Below are positions 11,254 through 26,107 of a DNA stretch of 64,000 nt, piece after piece; position 1 is the stretch's first letter; every line of letters starts with the position of its first letter. The notes under the pieces were generated by a model, which did not search any database, had not been told where the DNA came from, and saw only the letters and a program-made list of their open reading frames with translations. Source of the DNA: Octopus sinensis (Eukaryota); assembly GCF_006345805.1 (NCBI RefSeq), contig NC_043003.1, positions 26,598,001 through 26,662,000 of the forward strand, in the 5' to 3' direction. The position numbers and the translations under genes are program-made.

Positions 11254-11690
11254 CCTATTTCTTTATTACCCACAAGGGGCTAAACATAGAAGGGACAAAC
11301 AAGGACAGACATAGGTATTAAGTCGATTACATCGACCCCAGTGCGTAACTGGTACTTAATTTATCGACCCCGAAAGGATGAAAGGCAAAGTCGACCTCGG
11401 CGGAATTTGAACTCAGAACGTAGCGGCAGACGAAATACCTATTTCTTTACTACCCACAAGGGGCTAAACATAGAAGGGACAAACAAGGACAGACATAGGT
11501 ATTAAGTCGATTACATCGACCCCAGTGCGTAACTGGTACTTAATTTATCGACCCCGAAAGGATGAAAGGTAAAGTCGACCCCGGCGGAATTTGAACTCAG
11601 AACGTAAGCGGCAGACGAAATACTGCTAAGCATTTCGCCCGGCGTGCTAACGATTTTACCAGCAGCTCGCCGCCTTATGGCGAGTGCAAT
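11254..11690 (-). mobile_element. Tandem array of SINE family B (one head plus ~182-bp head-less units)
   Basis: Repeated TACCTATTTCTTTA(C/T)TACCCACAAGGGGCTAAAC...GAACTCAGAACGTAGCGGCAGACGAAA. Confidence 0.85.
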
Positions 11691-12289
11691 ACCGTAGCCA
11701 CTAGGCCATGCATCCTTACACACATACACACGCATATATAACTCTCTCTCTCTTTCTCCCTCACACACACACACACACATGTATATATAACTCACGCACA
11801 CACACAAACAAAAGTGAGCTAAGAAAAATAAAGCGAAGTGCCCAGTGGTATGTATTTGAATAACATAGACAAATACAGGTATGTCAAATACCATACAACA
11901 AACCTCCTTGACTTATCAAAATTACTTCCGCCTGTAGAGGAATGTGTCATAAATACCAAATGACAATTATGATCGGTACCACTTGAGAAGGGAGAAATAA
12001 TCTCAAGATTCAATAAATTCTCCAAAATTGGCATATCATAGAGGTAAAAGATAGGATTATTGTATGGAGATAAAAGGACGGTCGTGGGAACGTGTTTCGC
12101 CTTCACTAACCATCATCAGCACAATACTTGATTAGCCTTATCTCTAGTAGCTAAAGGATTTAGACTTAAGCCCGTGTAATATGAGGGGCTGAATACAAAA
12201 TAACCGGGACGTGCAAAAAAAAAAAATAAAAAAAGAAAGAAAGAATTTGAAGCGAGCGTATTCATTTTATATGGCACTCCGCCGCTTAC

Positions 12290-12560
12290 GACATCGAGAG
12301 CTCCAGGTAACCCAATCAACGGACCAGCCAGCTCGTGAAATTAACATGCAAGTGGCTGAGCACTCCACAAGCACGTGTACCCTTAACGTAATTCCCAAAG
12401 GGATTCAGCGTGACACAGAATGTGACAAGGCTGGCCCTTTGAAATACAGGTACTACATATCTTTGCCAGCTGATGGACTGGAGCAACGTGTAATAAAGTA
12501 TCTTGCTCAATGGTAAAATTTGCGCCGGGAAACGAACTCGCGACCTTACGATCGCGAGAG
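12290..12560 (-). mobile_element. SINE family A copy
   Basis: Reverse complement matches 170-290 (GTACACGTG..CTCAGCCACTTGCA) plus a tRNA-like head at ~12510-12560. Confidence 0.7.
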
Positions 12561-12601
12561 AATACCCCATAACACTACCCCCCCGCGCCTTCACAATTTT
12601 T

Positions 12602-12723
<122 letters not shown>

Positions 12724-12749
12724 ATCTATATATATATTATTACTGAAGT

Positions 12750-13155
12750 ATTTCATGTTTCTTTATTGCCCACAAGAAGCTAAACAAAAAGGGGACAAAC
12801 AAGGACAAAGGGATTAAGTCGATTACATCGACCCCAGTGCGCAACTGGTACTTATTTAATCGACCCTGAAAGGATGAAAGGCTAAGTCGACCTCGGCAAA
12901 ATTTGAACTCAGAACGTAGCGGCAGACGAAATACCTATTTCTTTACTACCCACAAGGGGCTAAACACAGAGAGGACAAACAAGGACAGACAAACGGATTA
13001 AGTCGATTACATCGACTCCAGTGCGTAACTGGTACTTATTTAATCGACCCTGAATGGATGAAAGGCAAAGTCGACCTCGGCGGAATTTGAACTCAGAACG
13101 TAGCGGCAGACGATATACCGCTAAGCATTTCGCCCGGCGTGCTAACGATTCTGAA
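12750..13155 (-). mobile_element. Tandem SINE family B dimer
   Basis: Same unit and junction as 11254-11690. Confidence 0.85.
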
Positions 13156-13644
13156 GTATTCCAGTCTTGAAAATGCATGGAAAATACCGTCCAATTGTTG
13201 TCCCAGGAAAGACATTCAGTGAGAAACTGGCGAAGTATTGAAGTAATTTATAATTTATGTTGTTAACTAGGCTCAAAATTTAATTCACAAGGTATATTTT
13301 AATGAATGTAATTAATGCTCTAAAGTTAATTAGAAATTTGATGAGAGCTATGAACCAAAACAGAGGAACGAAGTGAGTGCGTTTATTTACAACCCAAAAT
13401 AATTCAAACTTATTAAAGTCGGAAATAACTAAGCGTGTATGTATGTGTGTATCTGCATATATCTTCTGTTTCAGCTATTTATTACCCCACCCATATTATA
13501 AATATGTTTTTAATCATACTAACAACATAGTATATATATATATATATATAATATATATGCACAGGGTAGTTATATATGACGCATGCACATATGTACATAT
13601 CTATGCAAGAAGCATGTAGATATATACATACTATATATATATGT

Positions 13645-13699
<55 letters not shown>

Positions 13700-14329
13700 T
13701 ATATATATATATGTATATATAGTATATACATATATATGTATATATATGTATATATATATATGTATCTATATATATTATATAATATATATATATATACATA
13801 TATTATATATATATTATATTATATATTATATACATACATAAATATATATATATATGTGTGTGTGTGTATGTATGTATGTATGTATGTATGTATGTATGTA
13901 TGTATGTATGTATGTATGTATGTATGTATGTATGTATGTATGTATGTGTGTATCGTAAACTTTCATGTACATAATCACACAAAGAAGCATTAGAAATTCT
14001 AGTTTGTAAACAGTTCGTTCACCCCGGGTGGATGAAAGTGTGTTCAAGGTTTTTTTTTTTTGAAATTGTTCTCTCAATAAGAAGAGGAAGATGGTTGCGA
14101 AAGAGACACCCACCCACATACATGACCTTTCCCGACACACACACATACACACACACACACACAGATGCACCCACACACTGAGAGAGAGAGAGAGAGAGAG
14201 AGGGAGGAAGGAAAGAGATTGGGGTTAGGTGGGGTGTTTGTAGTGTTGAGTTATTGAGAAAGTTGTGAATAGAAGTCGTGTCGTAACGACGGAAAGGAGG
14301 CGGTGGAGTAACCACTGGGGCATAAGAAT

Positions 14330-14850
14330 GAGTGGTGGTGGTGGTGGCGGCGGCGGTGATAGTAGAGATGATGGTGATGGTGGCGAACGACGTAATGGCG
14401 GTACTGATGGTGGTGGTGGAGTTTGATGGTGGTGGTGGTGGTAAAGGTGGCGGTGGTGATGGTTGTGACGGTGCTGATGGCGGACGTGGTGTTGATGGCG
14501 GCGGCGGTGGTGTAGTTGGCGGCGGCGGTGATAGCAGTGATGGTACTGATGGCGTGTGTGCGTGTGTGCTGATGACGACGGCGACGGTGACGGCGGCGGT
14601 GACGACGGTGGTGAAAGTGATGAAGGTGGCGGCGGCGGCGGTGACGGTAGTCATTGCTGCAGATGGCGGTGTCGACGACCGGTGGCGGTGGCGGTGGTGG
14701 AGATGGAGGTGGTAGTGATGGTGGTAGTCATGGTAATGGTGGTGGTACAACAGTGTAGAAAATGGTAGCTGTTAAGTTTGTCATTGCTGGTGTTGTTTTG
14801 TACGGTTGTCGTACAGTAGTAGTAGTAGTAGTAGTAGTAGTTGTAGTAGT
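14330..14850. repeat. Degenerate (GGT/GGC/GAT/GTA)n trinucleotide low-complexity tract
   Basis: Direct reading. Confidence 0.85.
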
Positions 14851-15569
14851 ATTGGTGGTTGCTGTTGTTATTTAGCACTGGGGCCACTCTGAACGAACAG
14901 ACCCATTATCAACTGAATTCCAGCCAGGACCATCTAATCCTAAAGTTCCCAACCTGGGGTGCCCGACACCATGAGGTACGGCACGGTGGGATGGTAATTC
15001 AGGGGAGAGGGCGACAAAGAAGGAAGATATAAATAACTTCATTAAAATCGCCTTACATTTTAAAATCATAAAATAACCCTTAATTGAGGTCCACAATAAG
15101 TACTGCTCTTACACCTGGGACGATGTTACTTTCTTATTTTATTTTTTTTTATTGCCCACAAGGGGCTAAACATAGAGGGGACAAGCAAGGACAGACAAAG
15201 GGATTAAGTCGATTACATCGACCCCAGTGCATAACTGGTACTTAATTTATCGACTCCCGAAAAGATGAAAGACAAAGCCTCGGGCTGACCAAAGCCTTGT
15301 GTGTGGATTTGGTAGACAAAAACTGAAAGAAGCCCGTCGTATATATGTATATATATATGTATGTGTTTGTCCCCCCAACATCGCTTGACAACCGATGCTA
15401 GTTTGTTTACGTCCCCGTAACTTAGCAGTTCGGGAAAAGAGACCGATAGAATAAGTACTAGGCGTACAAAGAATAAGTCCTGGGGTCGATTTGCTCAACT
15501 AAAGGCAGTGCTCCAAATGACTGAAACAAGTAAAAGAGTAAAAGAGAAGGTTAGCAGTTTTCAGAACAT

Positions 15570-16290
15570 AACGATATCGACCCTAGTACTTTATTTTATC
15601 GACCCCGAAAGGACGAAAGACAATGTTAACCGAACTCAACGTAAAGTTCTTTTGTGTGGTGGGGTAACGATTCCAGCAGCCCTCAACCTTCTCTTAAACG
15701 TAATGATAATCCTTTCTACTCAAGGCCTGAAATTTTGAGATTACATTGATCTCAGTGCTTAATTAGAATTTATTTTATCGACCCCGAAAGGATGAAAGGA
15801 AGGTTCGACCTCGGCGGAATTTGAGCTCAGAACGTAAGGAGCGGCGGAATGTCGCTAAGTATTTTGTCTGGAGTACTAACGATTCTGCCAGCTCACCGCC
15901 AGTTGGTTGGAAATTTTGGCACAAGGCTAGTAGTTTTTGAAGGGCGGGGGAAGTCAGTTACATCGACCCCAATTTTTGACTGGTTTTTATTTTATCGACC
16001 CCGAAAGGATGAAAGGCAAAGTAGACCTCGGCAGGATTTGAACTCAGAACGTAAGGACGGGCGAAATGCCGCTAAGTGTTTTTCCCCGGTGTGCTATCGA
16101 TTCTGCCAGCTCGCCTCCTTAAATAATAATAAAAATATTTTCTAATATAAACACAAGACCTGAAATTTGGGGGAAGTGGTCTAGTCGGTTACATCGACCC
16201 CAGTGCTCAACTAGTACTTATTTTATTGACCCCGAAAGGATGAAAGGCAAAGTTGGTCTCAGAGGAATTTGAACTCAGAACACAAAACAA
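15570..16290 (-). mobile_element. Cluster of diverged SINE family B copies
   Basis: Repeated TTTTATCGACCCCGAAAGGATGAAAGG..GAACTCAGAACG. Confidence 0.75.
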
Positions 16291-16699
16291 GAAGAATGTC
16301 CAGTGCTGTAAGGATTCTTCCTGTTCGGTCTCTGTTCTTCGGAGCTCCAAGCATTTCGGACTTACTCGTCTTTTCATCTTTCGTCGTCTTTATTAAATTC
16401 AACACTTTTCTGGGGCCTTTACTACCCCGCTCGCTATGTTCAACCCTTCCTTCTCTGAACATCGGCCCTTTGCAATTTTCCCACTCCCTGCTCATGTGTT
16501 TCTTGCAGGAACTGACCTGCAATAGCTTAAACGAAATATGAACGCCATCAAAAACTCATCGATTTTGGAAAGCCTGCAAAGATCATGGCTCTGTCACGCC
16601 CTCCAGAAAACAGTAAGCGTGCGGATTACTGCACGCTGATTGGTTAAAATAGTGTTCACAAGGACATAGTGAGGATCAAATAATATAAATGTGGAATAA

Positions 16700-17160
16700 T
16701 AGAGTTCTTGGTGTGTTAGTAAGGCTAATTTGTTGCTGACGTACTCGCATGCGTTCCGTTAATGAATTTCCTGTCTGGCCAATATATACTTCTTTACAAT
16801 TCGGGGTTTTAACACCACGGATCAGATTTCTGCTTTTACAATTCATATTTGCTTTCGGAAATACTCTTCGTCCGGTTTCTGAATTGATATACTGACCAAC
16901 ACGTATGAATTGACATGTACCACACTGATTGCCATTCCATTTGGATACTATGAATGTTTTATCAACGTTGTTTATTAGGTCACGCTTCGCCTTTGTCAAC
17001 AATTGCTTCACAATTTATTGTTGTCTTTTACTTTGAACAAGTGTACGATCTTCTAGTCTGTTACGTTGTCTGGCGATGGGGAAGTTTGACTTGGCAATGC
17101 TAAAAATATTTTTTATGACACTCGTTTGAGTCACAACAAAATGTCCGACATTGTAATAAG
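16700..17160 (-). mobile_element. Penelope-like element, GIY-YIG endonuclease remnant
   Basis: Minus ORF ..QCGTCQFIRVGQY..NMNCKSRNLIRGVKTPNCKEVYIGQTGNSLTERMRV..: CxxC linker followed by the YIGQTG motif typical of PLE endonucleases. Confidence 0.85.
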
Positions 17161-17512
17161 TCTGTAATTCTTTCAGTCTCTGTTTGTCTCTCTGTCTCTC
17201 AGTTCTTCTCTCACTCTGTCTCTGTCTCTTTCTCCGGCTCTGTCTGCCTTTGTCTGATTATGTTTGTCTATCTGTCTATCGCTCCCTCTCTCTCTCTCTC
17301 TCTCTCTCTCTGTTTCTGACTCACTGTTTCTCTGCCTCTCTATCTTTCTCAGTCTCTGTTTTCGTTTCTCTCTTTCTCTCTTTCTCTCTCTCTTTCGTTT
17401 CTTTCTGTCTTTGTCTTCGTCACACTCCCTCCATCTCTGTTTCTTTCTCTGCCTGCCTGGCCTGCCTCTGCCTCTGTCTGTCTGTCTCCCCCTCCATCTA
17501 CCTCTCTCTCAA

Positions 17513-17543
<31 letters not shown>

Positions 17544-17610
17544 CTGTCCGTCTGTCTGTCCGCCTGTCTGTCTGTCTGCCTGTCTCTGTCTGTCTGTCGC
17601 TCACTCTCTC

Positions 17611-17639
<29 letters not shown>

Positions 17640-17641
<2 letters not shown>

Positions 17642-18250
17642 AGTAATCCATTTTGGTTCATCAACGCTTCAGTCACTACCATCATCACCATCTCCACCAT
17701 CTTCACTACATCCACTGACACTACTAAGACCACCACTATCACCACCATCTCCACCACATAAACCGCCACTATCACCCCCCACCATCACCACTACCACCAC
17801 CACTACACCACCACTACACCACCATCACAACTGCTACCACCACTATCACCACCACCACAACCACCACCACCACCACCACCACTACTATTACCACAACCAA
17901 CACTACCACCACCGCCAACACCGCCACCACCATCTCCACCACATAAACCGCCACCATTACCACCACCATCATCACCACCACCACCGCCGCCGCCGCCATC
18001 ACCACCATTGTTGCCAAATTTAGCAAAAGAAAAATGGGAAGTGAATTCCCGAGGAATGGTGTCCGTCAACAAAGGGATTTGTGAGGGATGGGAGTAGAAG
18101 TACTGTAGTGGTGGTGTTGTTGGTGGTGGTGATCGTGGCATCGGTGGTTGTATGGCAGTAGCGGTACTGGTGTTGGTGGTGCTATAAATTGTGTCATATT
18201 GTGGAGGTGTAGTTATGTGGATATATTTGATGATGGCGGTGGTGGTGTTT
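17640..18250. repeat. (CAC/ACC)n then (GGT)n low-complexity tracts
   Basis: Direct reading. Confidence 0.85.
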
Positions 18251-18918
18251 AGCCGCAGGTCAAACTAGAAGGAGCTGACTATTACCAAAGGCACTCGAGT
18301 CGTGACCATCCCATCGTATGTCTTCGTGCAGGGTGTCCGGTACTACACTACATAAGTGTCCTTTTTCTAATGCTATAGGATGTAACTTGAAGGAGGTTTC
18401 TTTGCTATTTCAGACTAGTTGCTGGCAATGGTAGCGGCGAGATGGTGGAGCAGGCGTGGCTGTGTGGTAAGAGACTTGTCTCCCAACCGGATGGTTCCGT
18501 GTTCAGTCCCACTGCGTGACACCTTGGGCAAATGTTTTTTTACTATAGCCTCGGGCCGACCAAAGCCTACCAAAGTGGATTTGGTAGGCGGAAACTGAAA
18601 GAATCCCGTCGTATATATACATTTGTGTATATGTGTGTGTGTGTGACTCTGTGTGCGTGTGAGTGCGTGCGTGTGAGTCTTTGTGCTTGTCCCCCATCAC
18701 AGCTTCACAATCGGTGTTGGTGTGCTTACGTCCCCATAACTCAGCGGTTCGGCAAAAGAACCGATAAAATAAGTACTAGGCTTAAAGAAAATAAGTCATA
18801 GGGTCAAATTGTTAGGCTAAAACCCTTCAAGGTGGTGCCCCAGAATGGCCGCAGTCAAATGTCTAAAACCAGTAACAAGAACAAGAAAGAAAAAAGAAAA
18901 CAAATATCAGTTATATCA

Positions 18919-18954
<36 letters not shown>

Positions 18955-19159
18955 CTTTTATTCTTTTATTTGTTTCAGTCATTTGACTGCGGCCAAGCTG
19001 GAGCACCGCCTTTAATCGAACAAATCGACCCCAGCACTTATTCTTTGTAAGCCTAGTACTTATTCTATCGGTCTCTTTTTGCCGAACTGCTACATTACGA
19101 CGACGTAAACACAACAACATCGGTCGTCAAGCGATGATGAGGAGACAAACACGAGCACA

Positions 19160-19211
<52 letters not shown>

Positions 19212-19510
19212 AATAAATATATATACATATATACGACGGGCTTCTTTCAGTTTTTGTCTACCAAATTCACTCACAAGGCTTTGGTCGGCCCGAGGCTATA
19301 GTAGAAGACACTTGCCCAAGGTGCCACGCAGTGGGACTGAACCCGGAACCATGTGGCTGGTAAGCAAGCTACTTACCACACAGCCATGCCTGCGCTTATA
19401 TACACATACATACATACATACATACATACATACATACATACATACATACATACGTACATACGTGCATACATACATACATACATACATGCATACATATATA
19501 TAATATATAT

Positions 19511-19554
<44 letters not shown>

Positions 19555-20609
19555 ATATAGTATATATATATATATATATATATATACAGACACACGTGTG
19601 TGTGAATTAATATTTTCAATTACCACACACACACATACGAACGCAAAATACCTTCGTGACCACAAAAAGAAAGATCGGCCAAACTTGTTTCCATACTGTG
19701 ATAGGAATTCACCAGGGACCGAATATACCTCTTCAACTGTTCACAGAAACACTGGGTATAAAATTCAGTATTATTAAGATCTTAAGTACTTTGGCGAGGT
19801 GAATTTGCATAAATAACGCATTCTTTTGGCGGCCATTTAATTCGTTTGATAAATTATTGAAGCGTTAAGTGTTTTCAAAATAACCGTGGGATTTTCACGA
19901 ATACTGCTAGTGTATATATAAATGTAAATGTGGAGATCTAAAAGGGAGGCAAAAATATTGTTTGTTTATCCAGTAAAGCGTCTATAAATGTCACTTTGAT
20001 AGCTGAAGTTGTTGAGAGACGGTTTGGCCCTATTTACTGGCTCTCAATTCCTTTTCATATTTCGTGGTGTACCTAAGATCAAACAAAAATTTGTTAGTGT
20101 TCTTCGCATGGAAAGGTAATAAAAAGAAAATTTATGTTTTTAAGTATAAAATTTCGGAAGAAAGATATAGGTACCCACTGCTTACCTTGTGTTATTCACA
20201 CATGCTTGTGAATAACAACAATATTATTTTCAAACTTTTGGCACGTGGTCAGCAGTTTCGGTGAAATGGGATGTGTCGATTACAAGTGTTCAACTAGTAC
20301 TTATTTCATCGACCCCGAAAGGATGCAAGGTAAAGTTGACCTGGTAGTATTTGAACGTGTATAACAACAATATTATAAATAACACGCAGGCGACGAAGAG
20401 GCAGAATCGTCAAGTTCAAATTCTTTTCAACTGTCTACAAACACAGCCAGGCTGAAATAATTAATGCATTCTTCCAGGAGTGAATAAAAAATTCTCAAAC
20501 TTGAGCGGATGGGTCCCTTAGATACTAACATGGGCCCCCATATATAGATTCTAAAGGCGCAGGGGCCCACTTGCCATCGGGCAAACTGGCAAGCTAGCCA
20601 CCGCCACTG

Positions 20610-20664
<55 letters not shown>

Positions 20665-21107
20665 ATATATATATATATATTATATATATATATATATATA
20701 TAGATATAGATAATATATATATATACAACATTACATGTACATATACGTATATATATAGTTACATAACGCGCGTGGTGTGAGTGTGGGTATGTATGTGCTT
20801 AGAATAAAAAGCAGAAAAGTATAAATTTCAAAGATAAATCATAATTCAATTACATTCAAAAACTGTTTCCTTGCGAATAAACATTAGTAATTCTATAATT
20901 ACGTAATTAAGATACGTAATTTAATTATAATGAATTAGTTCAAATATAATTCATTGAAAGCAACGTTTATCTCAAATCAAGAAGAGTGATGTTTTAGCCG
21001 ATTATGTGATTACATGCAAGCTTCATCCACTGGATTTACCGCAGTGTTGTAATGCGTTGCAGTTTAAAAACCTGTTATTAATTGAGTTCTTAATTACTCT
21101 GGACATA

Positions 21108-21141
<34 letters not shown>

Positions 21142-21297
21142 TATTTAGGAGACAAGCACCAATGCTCTATGTGACAGGGTTGATAATTGCTAAGTGATAT
21201 CTCTCAACTATGAAACCAATGGTAGCCTGATTAACTTACAAAGAATATTATCTACCAATGTGGTACTGAACACTCATTCTCACTATTCAAGATAAGC

Positions 21298-21373
<76 letters not shown>

Positions 21374-21570
21374 TTGACTGCGGCCATGCTGGAGCACCAC
21401 CTTTTAGTCGAGCAAATCGACCCCAGGACTTATTCTTTGTAAGCCTAGTACTTATTCTATCGGTCTCTTTTGCCGAACCGCTAAGTTAAGGGGACGTAAA
21501 CACACCAGCATCAAGCGATGTTAGGGGGACAAACACAGACGCACACACACACACACATATATATATATAT

Positions 21571-22960
21571 ACAACGGGCTTCTTTCAGTTTCCGTCTACC
21601 AAAATCCACTCACAAGGCTTTGGTCAACCCGAGGCTATAGTAGAAGATACTTGCCCAAGGTGCCATGCAGTGGGACTGAACCTGGAACCATGTCGTTGGT
21701 AAGCAAGCTACTTACCACACAGCCACTCCTGCGCCTGTGAATAACAACAATATTATTTTATATCTTCATAAGCTCGTCTTCCTAAGCGTTCAGAATAATT
21801 TTTCCATCGTCTTGGCTTAACAGCCCTCACTGTTTGTTTTTATTGGTTTGTTCTCATTGTTCTGTCTTTTACTGTTTTTACTTTTTTATTGTCTTTACTG
21901 TCTTGTTCTCACTGTCCTGTTCTGTTACCACTTTCCCCCTCCGCAAAAAATCCCAAATTTTATTTAATTTGCTTTGCGGGAAGGACTGTTTCAACGGAGT
22001 CGCGTCTTGGCCTTGCCCTCGCGACGTGGAGTAGTTGAAACAGGGACAACTGAAGAAGAGGAACATTCCTTGTGTTGTATGTCTCGTTTCTCTGTTTGTT
22101 GTTTTTTTTCGTTGTTCGAAAAAAAGTTCGTTTTTATGTTTTCGTTTCTCATTGTGTTCAACGTTTTTTTGATGTCCTGTATATATATATCTGCATGTAT
22201 ATATACATATATATATGTAGGCATGTACATATATGTATGTATATATGCATATATAGTATACATATATATATATACAACGGGCTTCTTTCAGTTTCCGTCT
22301 ACCAAAATCCACTCACAAGGCTTTGGTCAACCGAGGCTATAGTAGAAGATACTGCCCAAGGTGCCATGCAGTGGGACTGAACCTGGAACCATGTCGTTGG
22401 TAAGCAAGCTACTTACACACAGCCACTCCTGCGCCTGTGAATAACAACAATATTATTTTATATCTTCCTAGCTCGTCTTCCTAAGCGTTCAGAATAATTT
22501 TTCCATCGTTTGGCTTAACAGCCCTCACTGTTTGTTTTTTTATTTGGTTGGTTCTCATTGTTCTGTCTTTTACTGTTTTTACTTTTTTATTGTTCTTTAC
22601 TGTCTTGTTCTCACTGTCCTGTTCTGTTACCACTTTCCCCCTCCGCAAAAAATCCCAAATTTTATTTAATTTGCTTTGCGGGAAGGACTGTTTCAACGGA
22701 AGTCGCGTCTTGCCTTGCCCTCGCGACGTGGAGTAGTTGAAACAGGGACAACGAAGAAGAGGAACATTCCTTGGTTGTATGTCTCGTTTCTCTGGTTGTT
22801 GTTTTTTTCGTTGTTCGAAAAAAAGTTCGTTTTTATGTTTTCGTTTCTCATTGGTTCAACGTTTTTTTTGATGTCCTATATATATATCTGCATGTATATA
22901 TACATATATATATGTAGGCATGTACATATATGTATGTATATATGCATATATATATACATA
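21571..22960. repeat. ~703-bp direct tandem duplication (SINE C part + repeat + microsatellite)
   Basis: Units start at 21571 and 22274 (ACAACGGGCTTCTTTC); differences are mainly 1-nt indels. Confidence 0.9.
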
Positions 22961-22978
22961 TATATATTATGTGGTGTG

Positions 22979-23009
<31 letters not shown>

Positions 23010-24624
23010 TGTGTATATATATGTATATCTATACACACATATATATATGAATATGTGTGTGTGTAGATTTGAGTGTGTGTAGGTATGTAAGTTTGTGCCT
23101 GAATCTACAACTACACTTACACGTATGTGTGTATTTGTGTATGCGTACGCGCGCACGTATGTGTGTATCTGTGTGTGTGTGTGTGTGTGTGTGTATCGGT
23201 GATTAGCATAGGTTTTTATGTGTGTGAACGATTACATTGTTTATTTATTTTCCTGTTTTGTATATATGCACGCACACACACACACTCGCACACTCGCGCG
23301 CGCACACACACATATAGATAGATACATTAATACATGCATACATACATATATGCATGCATTCTTACGTTTCTTGCTCAAACCATAAAATACAGACGTTGAT
23401 ATGTCCCCACACAAATGCACGCACACATACACTGGTACATACATGCACATGACACATACACTGGTACATACATACACATGACACACACACACATACACAC
23501 GCACACACACATAAATACCAACACGCGCGCGCGCGCACACAGACTAACAAACATACATATACGTAAACACACCTGTCACTCATTTGTAATGACCTTGAAG
23601 TCACTCTAGCGTTGAAAATATATGAACGTTCATTAACATGTATGTATGTATGTATGTATGTATGTATGTATGTATGTATGTATGTATGTATGTACGTATG
23701 TATGTATGTATGTAAATATATGTCATTATTCAGTTTATTTCAAGATTTCTTGCCAATAGAAAAAGAACCGGTTTCTAACTTAGATCCAAGGCCCCTTCAT
23801 TGGAATTTCAATATCAACAAACAGGGTATTTTTGTATGTATGTATGTATGTATGTATGTATGTATGTATGTATGTATGTATGTATGTATGTATATATGTG
23901 TCTGTGTATGTGTATATGTGTATGTGTCTATGTATGCATATATGTGCATGTATGTATGTATCTATGTATGTATGCATGTATGTATGTATGTATGTATGTA
24001 TGCATGTGTATATGTATGTATGCATGCATGTATGTCTATGTGTTTGTATGTATGTAAGCATGCATGTTTATGTATGTATGTGCATATGTGTATGTATGCA
24101 TGTGTGTGTATGTATATGCGTGTGTATGTATGTATCTATGTATGTGTGAATGAATGCATGTATGAAGGTATGTATGAATGTGTATATATGCATGCATGTA
24201 TGAATGTATGTATGAATGTATGTATGCATGTATGTATGCATGTATTATGTATATGCAGTGAAATGCCCCCTAAATGCGACGGTATGTGCATTGACCTCAT
24301 TGACCTTTCAACGTCTGTGGGAACAGACCCTTCATAAGGCAGCAAACTTTACCGCAAAAAATATCAGATGAAACAAAAAATATGAAAAAATCCTGAAAAA
24401 ACTTAAAAGGCAAATGCACTCAACATATAAATATGTACATATATACATATGTACGTATGCGCGCGTGTGTGTTTATGTGTGTGCGAGTTTATGCTTATAT
24501 ATGCATACATACACACACACACATATATATATATATCTATACATATATATACATATAATGTGAGTCATGTAGACGTATGTTTGTATGAGTGTAAAGTGTA
24601 GGTATATGTATGTGTGTATATATA

Positions 24625-24983
24625 TATAAGGATAAGATCGTTAATTTAGAATAAAATAACGATCCTATCAAGTGGCCAGCATGGAAAAAATAACCTTCAA
24701 AGGTAATAATTATTAAAATTATAAATTAGAGTATCTACGAGATACCACCATGCTGAAAATAGCAGTCATGATCTGACTTTAAAACCACCTTAAGTGTTCA
24801 TATAGCAACATGGAGAGAAGACAAACAGACAAGATGAAACTAGTAAAAAATTACTGGATAATTCCAGATTTTTGACTTTGCATCTAGGAATGCTTTGCCT
24901 TGTCAGTGGAATACACACAGAAAGAAACATAAATAGATATAAATATAAATACAACCTACGAATACTTATATATAAGATAACGT

Positions 24984-25048
<65 letters not shown>

Positions 25049-25420
25049 GTATGCATCATGACTAGTTCAAAATGGCCGCTTAATTCAATGTGCGATATCG
25101 TTAAAATATCACCGCAGTAAATACAGTGATGAAATAAATTTAAATTTATATAAATAAGGATAAGATCATTAATTTAAAATAAAATAACGATCCTATCAAG
25201 TGGCCAGCATGGAAAAAAAATAACCGTCAAAGGTAATAATTATTAAAATTATAAATTAGGGTATCTATGAGATACCACCATGCTGAAAATAGCAGCCATG
25301 ATCTGACTCTAAAACCACCTTAAGTGTTCATATAGCAACATGGAGAGAAGAAAAAGAGACAAGATGAAACTAGTAAAAAAATTACTGGATAATTCCAGAT
25401 CCCAGATTTCTGACTTTGCA
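24625..25420. repeat. ~260-bp direct repeat pair (24625-24880 and 25155-25420)
   Basis: TAAGGATAAGATC..GATCCTATCAAGTGGCCAGCATGG..GGATAATTCCAGAT present twice. Confidence 0.85.
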
Positions 25421-25881
25421 TTTATGTATGGAATACACTGATGCAAATTCAACTGCTAATTCTCTCTGCAACAGAAACACGTGTCGGTCGTATCTAAACC
25501 AATTATGCCGTATAATTATCTGTAAAAATAAAAATTAAAATAAAAAAATATGCAAATGTACGATTAACCGTATTCGCTGTAATTGTTAGGTATAAATCCA
25601 TCCATCCATCCATCCATCCATCCATCCATCCATACATCCATACATACATACATACATACATTGGTTCGGTTACTCTGCATTGATACAGAGAAATACTCTA
25701 AAACATGTCTGCAGATGCCTGACCAGCAAGGGGAAGCTGCTGACCTCCCCTGTTAGAAGGTTATAATGGACACAGGTTCGTGTGTCGTATAGCTAGCTAG
25801 AGGCGATGACCTCTTGGAGCTAATCAACGGCAGCTTTCGGCCTATATTTATGGACTGCCATATTAGCTTGGCGATAGCTGT

Positions 25882-25989
<108 letters not shown>

Positions 25990-26107
25990 AATCAAGGAAC
26001 GGCCATAATAGGCCATTCACCCACTAGAAATAACAGCCAAAAAGCTTCAACCGCAAAATAACATTAATTCTGTAAACCAGGAGAAAATTAAAAAACATTT
26101 ACCTGAA

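Noticed and set aside
14019-14768. His/Pro/Thr- and Gly/Val-rich ORFs (243 aa and others), and similar ones at 17184-18141 and 60962-61636
   Set aside because: Trinucleotide low-complexity DNA open in several frames on both strands, with no domain or splice context.
22040-22130. CTGAAGA followed later by GAAA in the 703-bp duplicated unit as a possible hammerhead
   Set aside because: I could not build convincing stems I and III or a proper NUH site.
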